From the human T2T-CHM13v2.0 reference genome, Homo sapiens: a DNA stretch of 64,000 nucleotides. The stretch lies in the NCBI RefSeq assembly GCF_009914755.1, contig NC_060928.1; one strand, given 5' to 3'. Under the pieces are notes generated by a model. That model worked only from the letters and a program-made list of their open reading frames with translations, searched no databases and had not been told where the DNA came from. Position 1 is the stretch's first letter. Each line of letters opens with the position of its first letter. Made by a program: the position numbers and the translations under genes. Below, one piece after another: positions 14,135-27,339 of this stretch.

Positions 14135-15137
14135 TGTTGCGGGAAGTCAGGGACCCCAAACAGAGGGACCAGCTGAAGCCATGGCAGAAAAACATAAACT
14201 GTGAAGATTTCATGGACATTTATCACTTCCCCAATCAATACTCTTATAATTTCCTATACCTGTCTTTAATTTAATCTCTTCATCTCATTATCTTCATAAG
14301 CTGAGGATGTATGTCGCCTCAGGACCCTGTGATGATTGCATTAACTGCACAAATTGTTCATAAAGCATGTGTGTTTGAACAATATGAAATCTGGGCACCT
14401 TGAAAAAAGAACAGGATAACAGCGATGTTCAGGGAACAAGGGAGATAACCATTAGGTCTGATTGCCTGGGAGCCGGGCAGGACAGAGTCATATTTCTCTT
14501 ATTACTGAAAACGGGTAAGAGAAATATCACTGAATTCCTTCCCTAGTAAAGAATATTAATAATTAACAGCCCTGGGAAAAGAATACACTCCCAGGGGGAG
14601 ACCTCTAAAATGGCCGCTCTTGGAGTGGCTGCCTTGTGCAGTTGTAGATAGGGATGAAACACACCCTGGTCTCCTGCAGCACCCCCAGGCTTGCTAGGAT
14701 GAGGAAATTCCAGCCTGGCGAATTCTAGTCAGACCGGTTCTCTGCTCTTGAACGCTGTTTCCTGTTAAGATGTTTATCAATGACAATGCGTGCACAGCGG
14801 GACATGAAACTTCATCAGCAATTCCAGTTTTGCCCTGGCCTCATGACCTTGCCCTGCCCATTTGCCTTGTGATATTTTATTGCCTTTGAAGCATGTGATC
14901 TCTGTGACCCACACCCTGTTCGTACACCTCCTCCCCTTTGAAAATCGCTAATAAAAACTTTCTGGTTTTGCAGCTCAGGGGGCATTACGGAACCTGCCGA
15001 CATGAGATGTCTCCCAGACACCCAGCTTTAAATTTCTGTCTTTTGTACTCTTTCCCTTTATTTCTTAGACTGGCTGACACTTAGGGAAAATAGAAAAGAA
15101 CCTATGTTTGAAATATTGGGGGCTGGTTCCCCTGATA
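14135..15137 (+). mobile_element. MER11 solo LTR (HERV-K11/HML-8)
   Basis: TGTTGCGGGAAGTCAGGGACCCC start; ATATTGGGGGCTGGTTCCCCTGATA end; ~1 kb; AATAAA near 14950; inserted in a MIR with imperfect TSD GCCATC/TTCATC. Confidence 0.93.
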
Positions 15138-15189
15138 TTCATCCTCACAGAAACCTAGAAAATCTTCCATTGTGGCCTGAGTGTAGGGC

Positions 15190-15378
15190 ATTCACTCCCA
15201 TAGCATCCACTTCTTACTCCTATCCTGGAACTTATCACACAGGGGAGCAATTGCCTACATGCCATCCATATCCCCGCCAAACTGTGAAGTCTTTGAGTAC
15301 AAGGACTTGTTCAGTGTTGTCACTCCAACATAATAAAGCATAATACCTGTCCATAATTGGTAGAGCGAATGAATGAAA
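15190..15378 (+). mobile_element. L2 3' end fragment
   Basis: AACTGTGAAGTCTTTGAGTACAAGGAC... ending in GAATGAATGAA. Confidence 0.65.
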
Positions 15379-15379
15379 T

Positions 15380-16340
15380 TTAGTCAAGACTCTCATTGGC
15401 AAGTGATAAAAAATTAAAGCACAAAAGAAAATTTATCAGCTCAGGTACCCAAAAAGAATAAGGAAAACTTCTGGTGCTCTGAATTCATGTGTTATTTCTT
15501 CTGCCTAAGTAACACTTCCTCCACACTCATCCTGTGGAAGGAAGATGGACTTAAACAACTGATGTATTCAGAAGTGGGTACCGCTGAGCTCAGTCTCTTC
15601 TGCTCCCTGACTTAGGGATCTGCCTCCCTACCTCACTACAGACAGTGTTCTGCTTTGCTTTCTACCACATGCTAAGCTTCCCATGCAGGATTTGGCTCTA
15701 TAACCCCAATTCAGGGGAAAGCACTAGGAAATCCACTGTGCCTGCACATCTAAACTATGTTTACTAATTCAGCTTTTATTAGCATTACAGCTAATACTTT
15801 GATCTCCATCTGTCTAACTCTTATTGGTATCATTCAATTGGTTCCAAACATGAAGCGGGGAAAATGAAAGCCATTCATCATCCTCTAAAAAATACAGGAG
15901 TACTGGGCCACAGGCATGACAGAATTCAGGAGCTCAGATCCTGCCAGAAGAAATCAGATTGTCCATCTCTCCATTCCACTCTTCTGTGCATGACTTCACT
16001 CTTAGGTTGTCTTTCTTCAATGTGACAGTGCCTGCTGGTTCCAGGCTTATCACTCCTCAAGCTTAGCAAGTAGTAGGGAAAGTGAGCTGCTGCTTCTCAA
16101 TTCTTCAAATAAAAATCCTGGGATTTACTCTGCTTCTTTTGATTTAGGTCCTGTGTCTATCCTGAACCAATCACTGTGACCAGGGTGTCAAGAGCCCTCA
16201 TTAGCCAGGCCTGGACCACACAGAATGAAGGGTAGGGCTGGCACCTGTTGAATCACATGTATTTACAGTGGGGGAGGTGTGGTGCCATTATGGGAATAAG
16301 GGGGAAAGGTCAAACAAAAAGAAAAGACTGCAACAGCTAT
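15380..16340 (-). mobile_element. MLT1J/K-type MaLR LTR, interrupted ~15465-15886
   Basis: TAGTCAAGACTCT..TTGGCAAGTGA start; CCTGAACCAATCACTGTGACCAGGG and ATTAGCCAGGCCTGG motifs. Confidence 0.72.
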
Positions 16341-17985
16341 GACTAGCTCTTTTACACAGAAAAGAAAACTGAGGGCACACAGCTTGTATGGGGCAGATAC
16401 GGAATTTTAAATCACATGTGTTTTAACCCCATGTCTGCATGCTTTCTTCTACATCAGAATGCCTCCCGAAGCTTCTACCAACAAATCTCATCACCCTTAA
16501 GCAAATTATCTAGCTGAAGAAGTGATAGAAACCCTTAAGAAGGTTTTAGACCATATTGGTAGAAGACGACTGCTGGATTTCTTGTCATTGAACATGCCAC
16601 TGTGTGCCCCACACTCCTAGCAAGAGGTAGGAATCACTCCTGCTAAATAATGGGGCAACACCTCAATGTTTTTCTGGAACACGTTAGCTCCAATTTAACA
16701 CAAGTCATCTAAGACGAAGTGGATCATATTTGGAAGGCTTCTTAACATGCTCCATTTCTTTGCTAGCTTTCATATTGTTGTTTATAGTGCTAGAAAATCT
16801 ATGTAATGGGTTCAATATAAGAGGCATGCCTTTTTTTTAAACTCAACTTACTCCTTACTCCACTTGATAGCAGGAAACTTAAACTCATTAATTTAGGTTA
16901 AACTCAGTTAACTTAATACTATCTCTGTCAAATCAGAGTAAACTCAATATGGGGTTCTCTCCTCCCTTCCCACATCTAAGTTCCAGTTGGCCTAGTCATG
17001 GCATCAGGAAGATGCACCTGCCCCTCAGTCCACACTGGTTTCTGCTGAAATGTACCTCATTCCACCTGACTCATGGAAGGCGTCACACCTCCGTTGTGGC
17101 ATCTGCTGAAAAGGACACTACCTATCTGGGCTGCTTTCCAGTGTTGGCCCCAGCGTCTCTCTCCACAGCTGCCTGCCTTTGGTGCCACATCTACACCACT
17201 CTTGGCTGTACTGGAAAAGATTTGGCTCCTCCTCACCCCCCATGTAAGCACATGGAGATTCTCTAGGAGGCCCTTCTCCTGGTAACCCTGTGCTGTCTCC
17301 AACTACTCCGCTGTTCCATGAATAAGGACTGTAGCATCTGGACAGCCAGGCAGGAATTGAGGCACATGGGCCCTCTCCTCTGAGATCACTTGGCCCCAGG
17401 GCTGAGACTGTCACTAAGACAGATGCTGGGAAAAGCACAGCGAGCCTTGCCAGCATCTGACACCATTCTTTCCAACTTTGTTTCCACATCATGAGGAATC
17501 TTTATCAAGTCAAGGAAAGGAAAACAATCGCTTACATTATCATCCATTCTTGCTGATCTTCCAAACCTTTCTTTCAACTGCTATCTCTACCAGGAGTTTT
17601 AAACTCAGAAGCTGGCATCAACTGTTTTGTTTTTAATTGTTCTGTCTGATCCTTTTTCTCTAAAATAGTGAGCTCAAGCTGCCTGCAATGAGGGTAAAGG
17701 CCATTTGAAAAAAAAAAAAGGAATTAGTAAAAAGGAAAACAATGATTAATGGAAAAACTCCCCATGATGTAACTTGAACCAGTTGAATTTCTGTATTTGG
17801 GGTATTGAGACCAGGGCCACAGAGTGTAGAAAGCAGACCGGAAAGAATAGCTTCTCAAGTTAAATAGACTATGAATACTTGCTTTCAGAGTGACGTGGCC
17901 AACTTCTCCATGGCTGTTTTTGCACTATCCTAAGAAATGACCTGAGCAACCAACTGTCTGACATAGCCTTTAAGTGCTTGTTAAC

Positions 17986-18521
17986 TGTGATGGTTAATTT
18001 TATGCATCAACTTCACTGGGCTAAGGGATATCCAGATATCTAGTAAAACATTATTTCTGGGTGTGTCTATGGGGTGTTTCCAGAAGAGATTAACATTTCA
18101 ATCAGTAGACTGAGAAAAGAAGATCCGTCCTTCCCAAAGTGAGTGGGCCTCATTCAATCCATGGAGGGCCAGAATAGAACAAATAGGTAGAGGAAGGGCA
18201 AATTTCCTGTCTCTGTTTGATCTGGGAGGTCCATCTTTTCATCTTCTGCCCTCAGAAATCAGTATATCTGGTTATTGGGTCTTCAGACTCAGATTGGGAC
18301 TTACACCATCAGCTCCCTGGTTCCCAGGTCTTCTGACTTGTACTGAATTACACCACCAGCATTCCTGGTTCTCCTGCATGCACATGACAGATAGTATGGC
18401 CTCTCAGCCTCTGTAATTGTGTGAGCCAATTCCTATAATTGACAGACAGACAGACAGACAGAGAGACAGATAGACAGATCTCCTATTAGTGCTGTTTCTC
18501 TAGAGAATCCTAACTAATACA
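17986..18521 (+). mobile_element. MLT2B-type ERVL solo LTR with internal (GACA)n
   Basis: TGTGATGGTTAATTTTATG start; TAGAGAATCCTAACTAATACA end; TSD TTAAC/TTAAG. Confidence 0.93.
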
Positions 18522-19129
18522 TTAAGGCAAGAGGAGAGAAAATAATCACATGTTTAACAATCAGAGACTTTATAACAAACATCAGCAGAATGTCCAGGAA
18601 AAGGACCAGTCCAGGGTACAAACCAGACACACCACTCTAGACCACAGCAAAGATCCAGAGGATGCTACATAGACAAAAGTTCCCAGCTTCACTCATCACC
18701 ATGAAATCACCCTCAGATTCCATCTGGAAGAAAAGCACAGAAAGGAAATAGAAATCTGAAGGGCCATGAATTGAATCTAAAAGACACTGAGCCATCAAAA
18801 AGCAACTAAGCCAAAAACGAATGTAAAAGATTATAAACTGCAAAACATAAAGTTTATTTTTTCTTAGCTACCCAGTGAGACTGTCAGCAATAAGGAAAGA
18901 AAAAGGCCAAAATGCTGTATTTTTCTTGCATATGTGACTGTGGTAAGAGTGACTACTGCTCTGCTATCCAATCCTCCAAAATCCATCTTTCCAACAGCAT
19001 ATACCAAAATGGAATGAGGCAAGGCAGTAGCAAGTGCTCCCAGGTACCAAATCACAATAGTCCAACTGTCAAAAAGGCTTGTACTCTAGTTAATACTTTG
19101 GCTGAGTTGTGGATACTGAAGTGATTAAA

Positions 19130-19190
19130 AGAGAGGAAAAGAAGGAAGGAGGAAAGGAGGGAAGGAGGGAGGAAGGGAGGGAGAGGGAAA
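19130..19190. repeat. Purine-rich (GGAA/GGAG)n low complexity
   Basis: Seen directly; a second similar tract lies at ~19510-19618. Confidence 0.8.
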
Positions 19191-21584
19191 TAAATAAAGG
19201 GTTGGGGGAGAGCAACAAAAATGATCTGTGTTGTATATAATAACTCTATGGTAAAATCATTTCCTCAACAGGTTATGAGTGAAATGAAAGCTAATGATAG
19301 TGACAGATTGTTCAAATAAGTAATGCTTTAAAAACCTCTCTTCAGTATATCACCAGTAAATTAGGAGCAAATACAAAAGGTTTCTTACTTTTACCTATCC
19401 TCATAGCTTGAATCTCTTCTCCAGAAAAACTTGAAGATTCTCTATGAAGAATAAAATCATCTATTTATGAAATCTTATTAAATGCTGCTTTTACAATGAT
19501 TGAATGAAATAAAAAAGAGAGAGACCAAGGGAGAGAGGAACAGAGGGAGTTGGGGAAGGAGGGAGGAGGGAGAAAGAAAGAAAGGCAAGCATAGAGGGAG
19601 AAGAGGAAGAAAAAAAGCATAAAGCAACCTAAAGCCCTTGAACTTGAAAGTATTAATGATTATTATCAATGTCTCCATATCTTCATGAGGAGATTCAGCT
19701 AAGTTATAAAACCTAGATCCATTTACCAACTGATGTTCTGTGGTACTGCTTATAAGTGCAAAAGATACACTCCTCTCAGCAGAGTTGTAACCCATTTACC
19801 AGACTACACTGTAAATGAGCCTTCTTTCCTCCTAGGCTTCCCAGAAAGGGTGTAATGGCAAGTCCAGCCACTATAATTGTTCCACAAATCCCTTCAAGGA
19901 GATTTGAGAAGACCCAAAAGCCCACAAAGCTTATTCAGTCATATAAAGAATGCACAAAGGAGTTTTATTTTCAATTCCAGTTTCTTAATTTTTTATTATA
20001 TTCCCCAGCACAGAGCAGTCTTTGTACCTTTGGATCTCCCTAAATGTTTATATCCCAAAGTACACAGAGGTGTGAAAAATATGACTCATGTTCTTGATAA
20101 ATTCATATTATAAGACATGGCCTTGAAAATGAAAAGCTAATGAAATCCTTCTTTCCTCTAAATTTTCTTTCATGTCAAAGGTTAGTCTTGCTTATTCAAC
20201 AACTTAGACCTCAGCACTTGAAAAATAATGAGTCTATCCAAGTGGTATCAACAGCTAAGGTTTTAGAAACATGAAAAGAAAGTCTTTAGAAAACTAACTC
20301 AGGGTTAGCAGTTAGAGAAGAGTTCACAGTTTTACTAGTCCAGAGATAAATTACTGCAAACTAAGTAACTGATATAACATACTCATTTGCTAACTCCCCC
20401 ATAGCCTACCAGAAAAGGTTTAAAATGAGGACTTTTGACATAAACTGCCTTGCTCACTCTTAGAACACACTAAAATCTCAAGTATTTACCCTATAAAACT
20501 GTCAAGAATGTAACAAGTTTTTAAAAAATTCATCTCTTTTCTAAGAACAGTATAAGAATTATACCTATATTTTAAGCCAACAACAAATCCAAGCTACAGA
20601 TTATCCATTGAATAGAACATAAATTTTTGTAATAAACTTATTATTTGTTCTTTCTTTCCCACCATTTTCAGGTTAGTGACAGCAAACCTCTGACAGGCCA
20701 CCAAAGAATTTAGCTAGCAAATAACTTTGCGTATCAGCCATACCCCATTCCATTCTGGAAAAGACTGGGAATTCTCTTTGTGTTTAGTTTGCACATGGAA
20801 TGTTATGACGTGAGGAAAACTAGGAAGGCCACAAAACTTGCCTGCCCCGGTGCCCTTACTTAGGCTCTGTGTCATCACAGACTATCTCTTCTACTCTATG
20901 ACATCTTAGTTTGTATTAAAGCAAAAATAATAAGTAACAGGTAGTGAGTGCTTACTCTGTGCCAGGCACTGTTTAAAGCACTGACAGAAATTAACTCAAA
21001 TAATATTCATAACAATTTTTCCTTCCCTTGGAATAAAAAAAGCAAAACCAACTGAGAATATGGGAAAATGAAAACAGTCTATTTGAATGGCTAAATTATG
21101 AATTAATGTTTTCTTTCATTTTGATTGTCATTAATGTTATTACTATATTCACATAGTAAATACCTATGTGAAGTTTCTTTGAAACCTCTTCCAAATGCTA
21201 TTTTTCACCTGGAAAATGAGGATAATAACAATACTTTCCTCATAGGGCTGCTGCATTAGTTTTACATACTGTAAAAATCTTTCCAAAATGTCACTTGTGT
21301 TCATATAATATTCAACTGCTTATTGGATCTCATCAGACTTCTTAGCTGGTCATGCAAGTCCTCTTTTTTATCTTATTGCTTTACCATGTCACCCTCCACC
21401 CCAATTGGGCCCACGGCCACACCTAAGTCATTCCCAGCTCCCTATCTTAACTCACTTTCTCCCTCCAATCTCCTTGCAAATGTCCTCATCACTCCTCTCT
21501 GCTAATCATGTCTTCCCCATCCTTCATCATCTCATTCACATTTTCCTCCCTCTTTTTATGTCTTCCCCATACTACATTGCATTA

Positions 21585-21785
21585 ACTGACATGCACTGAG
21601 TGCCTATGATGCACTTGGCACATTTTGGGTGTTATTTAATCCTTTCAGCAATCCTAGAGACAGTTAATAGTATCCCTATTAGACACATGAGGATTAGAGA
21701 GACTATGATTTATGCAGGGTGGCAGAGCCAGGGTTCACTCTCAGTTATCCTAATCTATCCTGCACTTAAGAGCTTGCTCCACATA
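21585..21785 (-). mobile_element. MIR fragment (other MIR pieces at ~20925-21020 and ~21200-21310)
   Basis: TTATTTAATCCTTTCAGCAATCCT...GGTGGCAGAGCCAGG. Confidence 0.6.
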
Positions 21786-22684
21786 AATGAACTCTTAAAT
21801 TTATATTTTCTGGTAATGTTCTCTAATTGTTTAAGATGTATGAAGTCTATGTGATCTCCTATGTTCTTTGAGGTCCAAATCTCATGCAGGGCACACCATA
21901 AGCTTAGTTAATACTGATAACTTGAATTGGAAAAACTGATGTGAAGTTCCAACAAAAAGTTACTCTTTAAATATTAAATCATCCCCAAAATTTTAAAAGA
22001 ACTGTGAACTACCAGATGTCTCAGACAGCCTGGTAGAGGCATCAGGAAAGCAACATCATAGAGAAACACTCACTGGATGTTTGAAGATGATGAAAAAAAC
22101 TCTTTCGGGAATTGGATCTTTGACAGAATGAAGTAGAACTATCAGAGGAAGATCCAAGCCCTGCAAAACATAATGCACACAGACATTTAACTTCCAAATA
22201 GTTTACGTCTTAGGAAGGAGTGGGAAAGATAAATAAGGTGTTTCCTTCTATCACTTTCATGTTCTAAACCATTTCCTTTTTTTTTTTTTTTTTACCCTAG
22301 AGGTCCATGTCAGCTGAAACAAAGTTTTAGAAGACAACTAAATTGGGCTGTTTCACTACCACTAAGTAAATTCTGACATAATTCTTTGTCCTCTGTCCAG
22401 AGGCCATGGTTCAAATACAAGGAGATGGAACAATGCCTGGACATATCTCAGCAATTATTCACCCAACTCTACTCTGGAACCACAGAGGAATATCTAGTCA
22501 GGTACCCTAGACTGTCATCTCTGTCCCCACACACCAGGCACTGCAACTGTACTACAGAACTTTCAGCTTTATTGGTACCCAAGGGATGGAGCTATAGTCC
22601 AAGAAGCCCATAGCCACAGAGCTATCAGGAGAAAGCAAATCCTTGATATCCATGAGTTTTAATACTAGCCTGTCACTGACTATA

Positions 22685-23030
22685 CAGATGGGCCCCAACT
22701 TACAATGTTTCTACTTTACTATGGTGTAAAAGCCATATGCCTTCAGTAGAAAGTGGTGCCATACTCTCTCGCACTGCTGGGCAGTGGCAGCAAGTCACAG
22801 CTCCCAGTCAGCCATGCCATCACAAGGGTAAACAACCTCTATGGGGTTCTGTGCTGCCAGATGACTTTGCCCAACTGTAGGCTTAGTGTTCTGAGCACAT
22901 TTAAGGTAGGCTAGGCCAAGTTATGAAGTTCACTGGGTTAGGTATATTAAATGAATTTTTGTCTTGCTATATTTTCAACCTAGGAAGGGTGTATTCAGAC
23001 ATAACCCCATTATAAGTGGAGGAGCATCTT
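22685..23030 (-). mobile_element. MER47B-like TcMar-Tigger DNA transposon
   Basis: TA-CAGATGG.CCCCAACTTACAATG start; ...ACCCCATTATAAGTGGAGGAGCATCT end; internal GCTCCCAGTCAGCC and TTTAAGGTAGGCTAGGC. Confidence 0.88.
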
Positions 23031-23779
23031 CACCTCCAAAAGAAAATTCCTACCAACACCTTTTCAAGCAGTCTCATTGGCAACCTTTACATAGTAATAT
23101 TTTCCATCACCATGGCCCTTGCTGCTTCTTAACAGCTAGTCCTTTGGAAACAGAACAAATTAGCAGCTAAAAGCTTCTAGCCCCTCAGCGCAGTCTTGCA
23201 TATGCTGCATCTGAGTTTCTTTGTGACTTTTATTCAGAGCATGAGGTAGCTGGAACGCAGCCGAACTCATCCTTCAACAGCCTTGCTCATCTGGTTTCAG
23301 GGGCCAGAGACAACACCCCAGCTGCCAGTTCCATGCCCAGTGACAGGGTGAATGATCTTTTCCACAGAAAGGCAAGGTTAATAAACAGTCTGGATCACAG
23401 ACTTCTTATTCTCTCTTCTCTCCTCCCCTCTGCAGTGCCAAGGGACTTCCCTCCGTTTTTTAATGCCTTCTGTCATCAAACAATTAAGCCCATTGCCAGG
23501 CACCCACCCCTAGTGCCCTGTTTGTAGAAAATACGTATGTAACTAGACTGGGCCCAGCAGAGCAAGGGGGCATGATCTCTTACTGAGATGAAATTTGTTC
23601 ACTAGCACACTCACATTCTCAAAAATTGGTTTAAATACTTCTAAAAAAATTAATAAAGCATTATTACCTACTCAAGTTTCCAGGCACATTTACACAAAAC
23701 ACCCTATCAGCCAAGAATGTATTTGCTTTGGGTTTTTCTTTTAAAGAAATTGCTAGGCTATCATATAAAAGCCTCCAAA

Positions 23780-24282
23780 ATATAAGTGTATATAACATAC
23801 ACATATAAAATATTTCTATATTATATATTTATATATTGTTATATATTATATATTGTTATATATAAATATATAACCTCAAATATTTTTAAATGTATATTTA
23901 TGTATATAGCTACATATTATTTATATTTTGAATTTTATATATTATTTATATTTATAAATTTATGTATAAGTATAAAAAATTATATAATATATACATGTTT
24001 TGGGAAAGTAGATATTTTATATAAAATATATTAACATAAATATATGTAACACAAATACTTCAAATAACATATTTATATAAAATGTATTTTATATATAAAT
24101 ATGAATGTTTCCTAAAATACTAATTAAAATACAAATACAAATACAAATATGTGTGTGTGTGTGTATATATATATATACATATATATATGTACATATATAT
24201 ATGTATATATATATACGTATATATATATACATATATATATATATACGTATATATATATACATATATATACGTATATATATAT
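23780..24282. repeat. AT-rich low complexity followed by compound (AAATAC)n-(TG)n-(TA)n microsatellite
   Basis: Seen directly; TA-rich array 24149-24282 punctuated by CA/CG. Confidence 0.92.
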
Positions 24283-26689
24283 GCTCTTACCCCAAAAAAG
24301 ACCTGTGAGAGTCTCTCAAGTCCTATACTGAAATTTCTTCCACTCCTTATTTTCTTTTTTTGTTTGTTTATGTTATGAACAGGGAATGTCATGACAATTA
24401 CAGAATCACATCTAATGAAGTCTGGCTCTGCTATTGGTTCAAATGAAAACTTCAACAGTTCCACAACCTTGAGGTGTCCTCACAGTTTACAAACAACTCT
24501 CTCATTTTCAAGAGGAAGATAAGGGGATTATAAGTAAAAGTTTCATTCCAAAATATTGACTAAAATGCCAACCTATTATTATGGATTTCACGGGTCAGTA
24601 TAACTAATCTGAACTAACTAGAGACTAAACCTGAAGAGACAAAGTGTTTCAATGGAGGTAAAACAATGACAGCATTTATTCCCAAATACAGAAATAATTA
24701 TCATGGCATAATGTAGTCTCAAGGCTTGGAAAACAGGAGCTCATCAGTTGCAAAACGTACCTAACTCACAAGGAATGTATGAGTATGAGAAAGCTCTCAA
24801 TGCACAGTTCCTCTTGGTTTATCTTGTATTAATTTACTTCCCAGTCAACTAATTTCATGAAAGCATTTGAGGCAGAATTCCTTTCTAAACTATAAAGGAC
24901 TGCTAGTGAGAGGTGGTGAAACAGGATTAATTGGGCTGCTGCTTTTCCTGCCTTCCCCAGACCAGGCTCCTACACGACCTGGGCAGGGCTGTCCTCCCAC
25001 ATTCCCCAGATTCAGAAAAATAAATAAACAAACATTTCACTATCTGGCACTATGTCTGACTTTTAAAGACATTCCATCAAACATTAACGATAAATAATTG
25101 TATGGTTTATGTAGACAACTTGCATTGTTTATAGCAATTATGAAGGAAGAAAGGCAGAGCAAGAGGAAATATTTTCTTCTGGCATTTCAAAGCAGATTCT
25201 GACATAACAAGTTATTGCATTTTAAGAATATAAACTGCCTCAGTAAATTCTATTCCCCTCAGAAACTGCCAAAATTGCATTCTGCAAACACTAAAAAAGA
25301 AGAACAATGACACTGCTGCCAAATACAAAGATATCTATCAGCCAAAGAGTTAAGAGAATGATAGAGCGCTATAATAAATTTCCTTTTCATTCCAAGTACA
25401 TTGTAAATGACCTTAGCAGCTCAGATAGATGAATTTAGCATCTTATACCTAAAAAACAATTTATGAATTTACTAAAAATGTTTACTATCAATGCTACAGC
25501 ACTTTTCTCAAACATTTTGTACCATGGAATTTTTGTTTCATCACATACCTACTGAAATTTTGTCAAATACTAATATTCCCAGAGCATTGTTTGGGAATCA
25601 CTTAGACAGCATTTAATAATGTATTATCCGACAATATAGATAATAGAAATATACATACATGCTAACTTTAGAGAGGATAAAAATATGTATAGATACACTA
25701 GAACATGTTTCTTAAACACTATACTCAATAGTCTTGGCTCCTACTTTTACAATACCTCGCATCCATTCTTATTCATTTTCTCGACTTTCTATTTTCCTAA
25801 TTTTAGTTCGCAAAAAAAAATTGACTATTTGAACCAATCTTTACTCAATTTGTATTTATAGGTAAAAGAAAACCCAAATATCACTAAGAACTATATGTGC
25901 CAATCTAAATAATAAAGCAAACAAAAACATTATTAAAATGACAATAAACATATGACATATCAAAATGTTTCTCTTTTCAGAAACATTACAGTTTTAGATA
26001 AATTTGATAGAGAAAAGCTACAGTATATGTAGAATAACTAAAAGGAAACAAAGAAACTGATGCTAGCAGTTGACAAAGGAAAAGTCTAGAGGATGTTTGT
26101 TACCACATATTCTTTGTTAGCATTTGAATTTTTCATCATGTGTATGTATTGCTTTTTCAGAAAATAAAAATATATACTAAATTAAAAATTTTAAATAATG
26201 ATAACTAGAATCCACATAGCCAACACAAGAATAAGGTGGACTTATCTTGGGTCATCTACCTCACACACATGGATTTCATACTTAATTGTCAGATTAGACA
26301 TGACAATTATTTGTTTAAGTTTTATAGTTGACAAAAAAAAATCAGGATTCCTGGAGAAAAAAAAAAATGAAATAGTTATCCAAAACAAACAAACAAAAAA
26401 GCTGATGCTGCTGTGTTGGGGTTGGTTTAAACATCTGACTTTTTATTCAGCATCAGTAAATCCTCAGTGGTATGTGACCTGAAATAAATACCTAAGAAAT
26501 TAAAATTATTGGATCCACAATCAGTGGCTAAAAAACAAGCATTTCAAACTATAAAAGACTTGGAAGACAAAACATTAAGCTTTCTGGGCATTTGTACAGT
26601 GAAACAAACAGAAAATCCTCAGAGAAACGACTTAAAACTTGATTCAGACATAAAACAAAGCTTTAGAGGAAAATGATTATATGAATATT

Positions 26690-26990
26690 GAAAATATAAT
26701 CCATGAGAAGAAAAACCTTATGTATTAAGGCATTCATTACAGTTTTATTTTAAGATGGGAAAAAGTGGAAATAGCCTAAATGTGTATTAGTAGAGGAAGT
26801 GTTCAAAGTTATAAAACACCCCTTCAATGATTATCATGAATTTTCATCACAAAAACTGTAACAACATGGAAATTATGTTTATCTAATGCTACATGGTGAA
26901 GCCAGAATATACAATTACATATATGCCATCATCAGAAATATGTTTGTGCCATATTTGTGGTAATTGACTGCTTCAGCATCAAGAGGTTGG
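26690..26990 (+). mobile_element. Highly decayed L1M(E) fragment
   Basis: AAAAGTGGAAATAGCCTAAATGT...CAACATGGA resembles the L1 3' region. Confidence 0.5.
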
Positions 26991-27034
26991 AAAGAAACAA
27001 GCTAAGATCAGGACTCCTAATGTTTAAACATACA

Positions 27035-27035
<1 letters not shown>

Positions 27036-27073
<38 letters not shown>
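27036..27073. repeat. (CA)n microsatellite
   Basis: About 19 units seen directly. Confidence 0.95.
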
Positions 27074-27075
<2 letters not shown>

Positions 27076-27339
27076 CTACCACCCCATCAGACAGCCTGTC
27101 CTTTCTTGGGGTCTCAGCATAGTAGTGGACACATATTTCGGTCGCATGAAAAACACCTCCCAAAATACTGTCCCCTTCCTCAACCTTGAAGAAACTCCCC
27201 AAAATAATCCATATTTTTCCAGGATTAGAATATTTCTGTCTATCTCATGTCCTCCTTGCCAGTGTGTAAGGGGCGTTATTGGGAATCAGATAGTAAGTTG
27301 GGAAGGAGAATAAATTTAGTTGAGGAAATTCTTTTCATA

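Noticed and set aside
17057-17577. Overlapping 63-124 aa ORFs as a gene
   Set aside because: No recognisable domain; ORFs on both strands are explained by higher GC
17891-17898. UPRE-like TGACGTGG (also TGACGTGA near 20806)
   Set aside because: Isolated 8-mers are expected by chance in 64 kb; no promoter context
24105-24464. Tyr/Ile-rich ORFs
   Set aside because: Translation of a TA microsatellite
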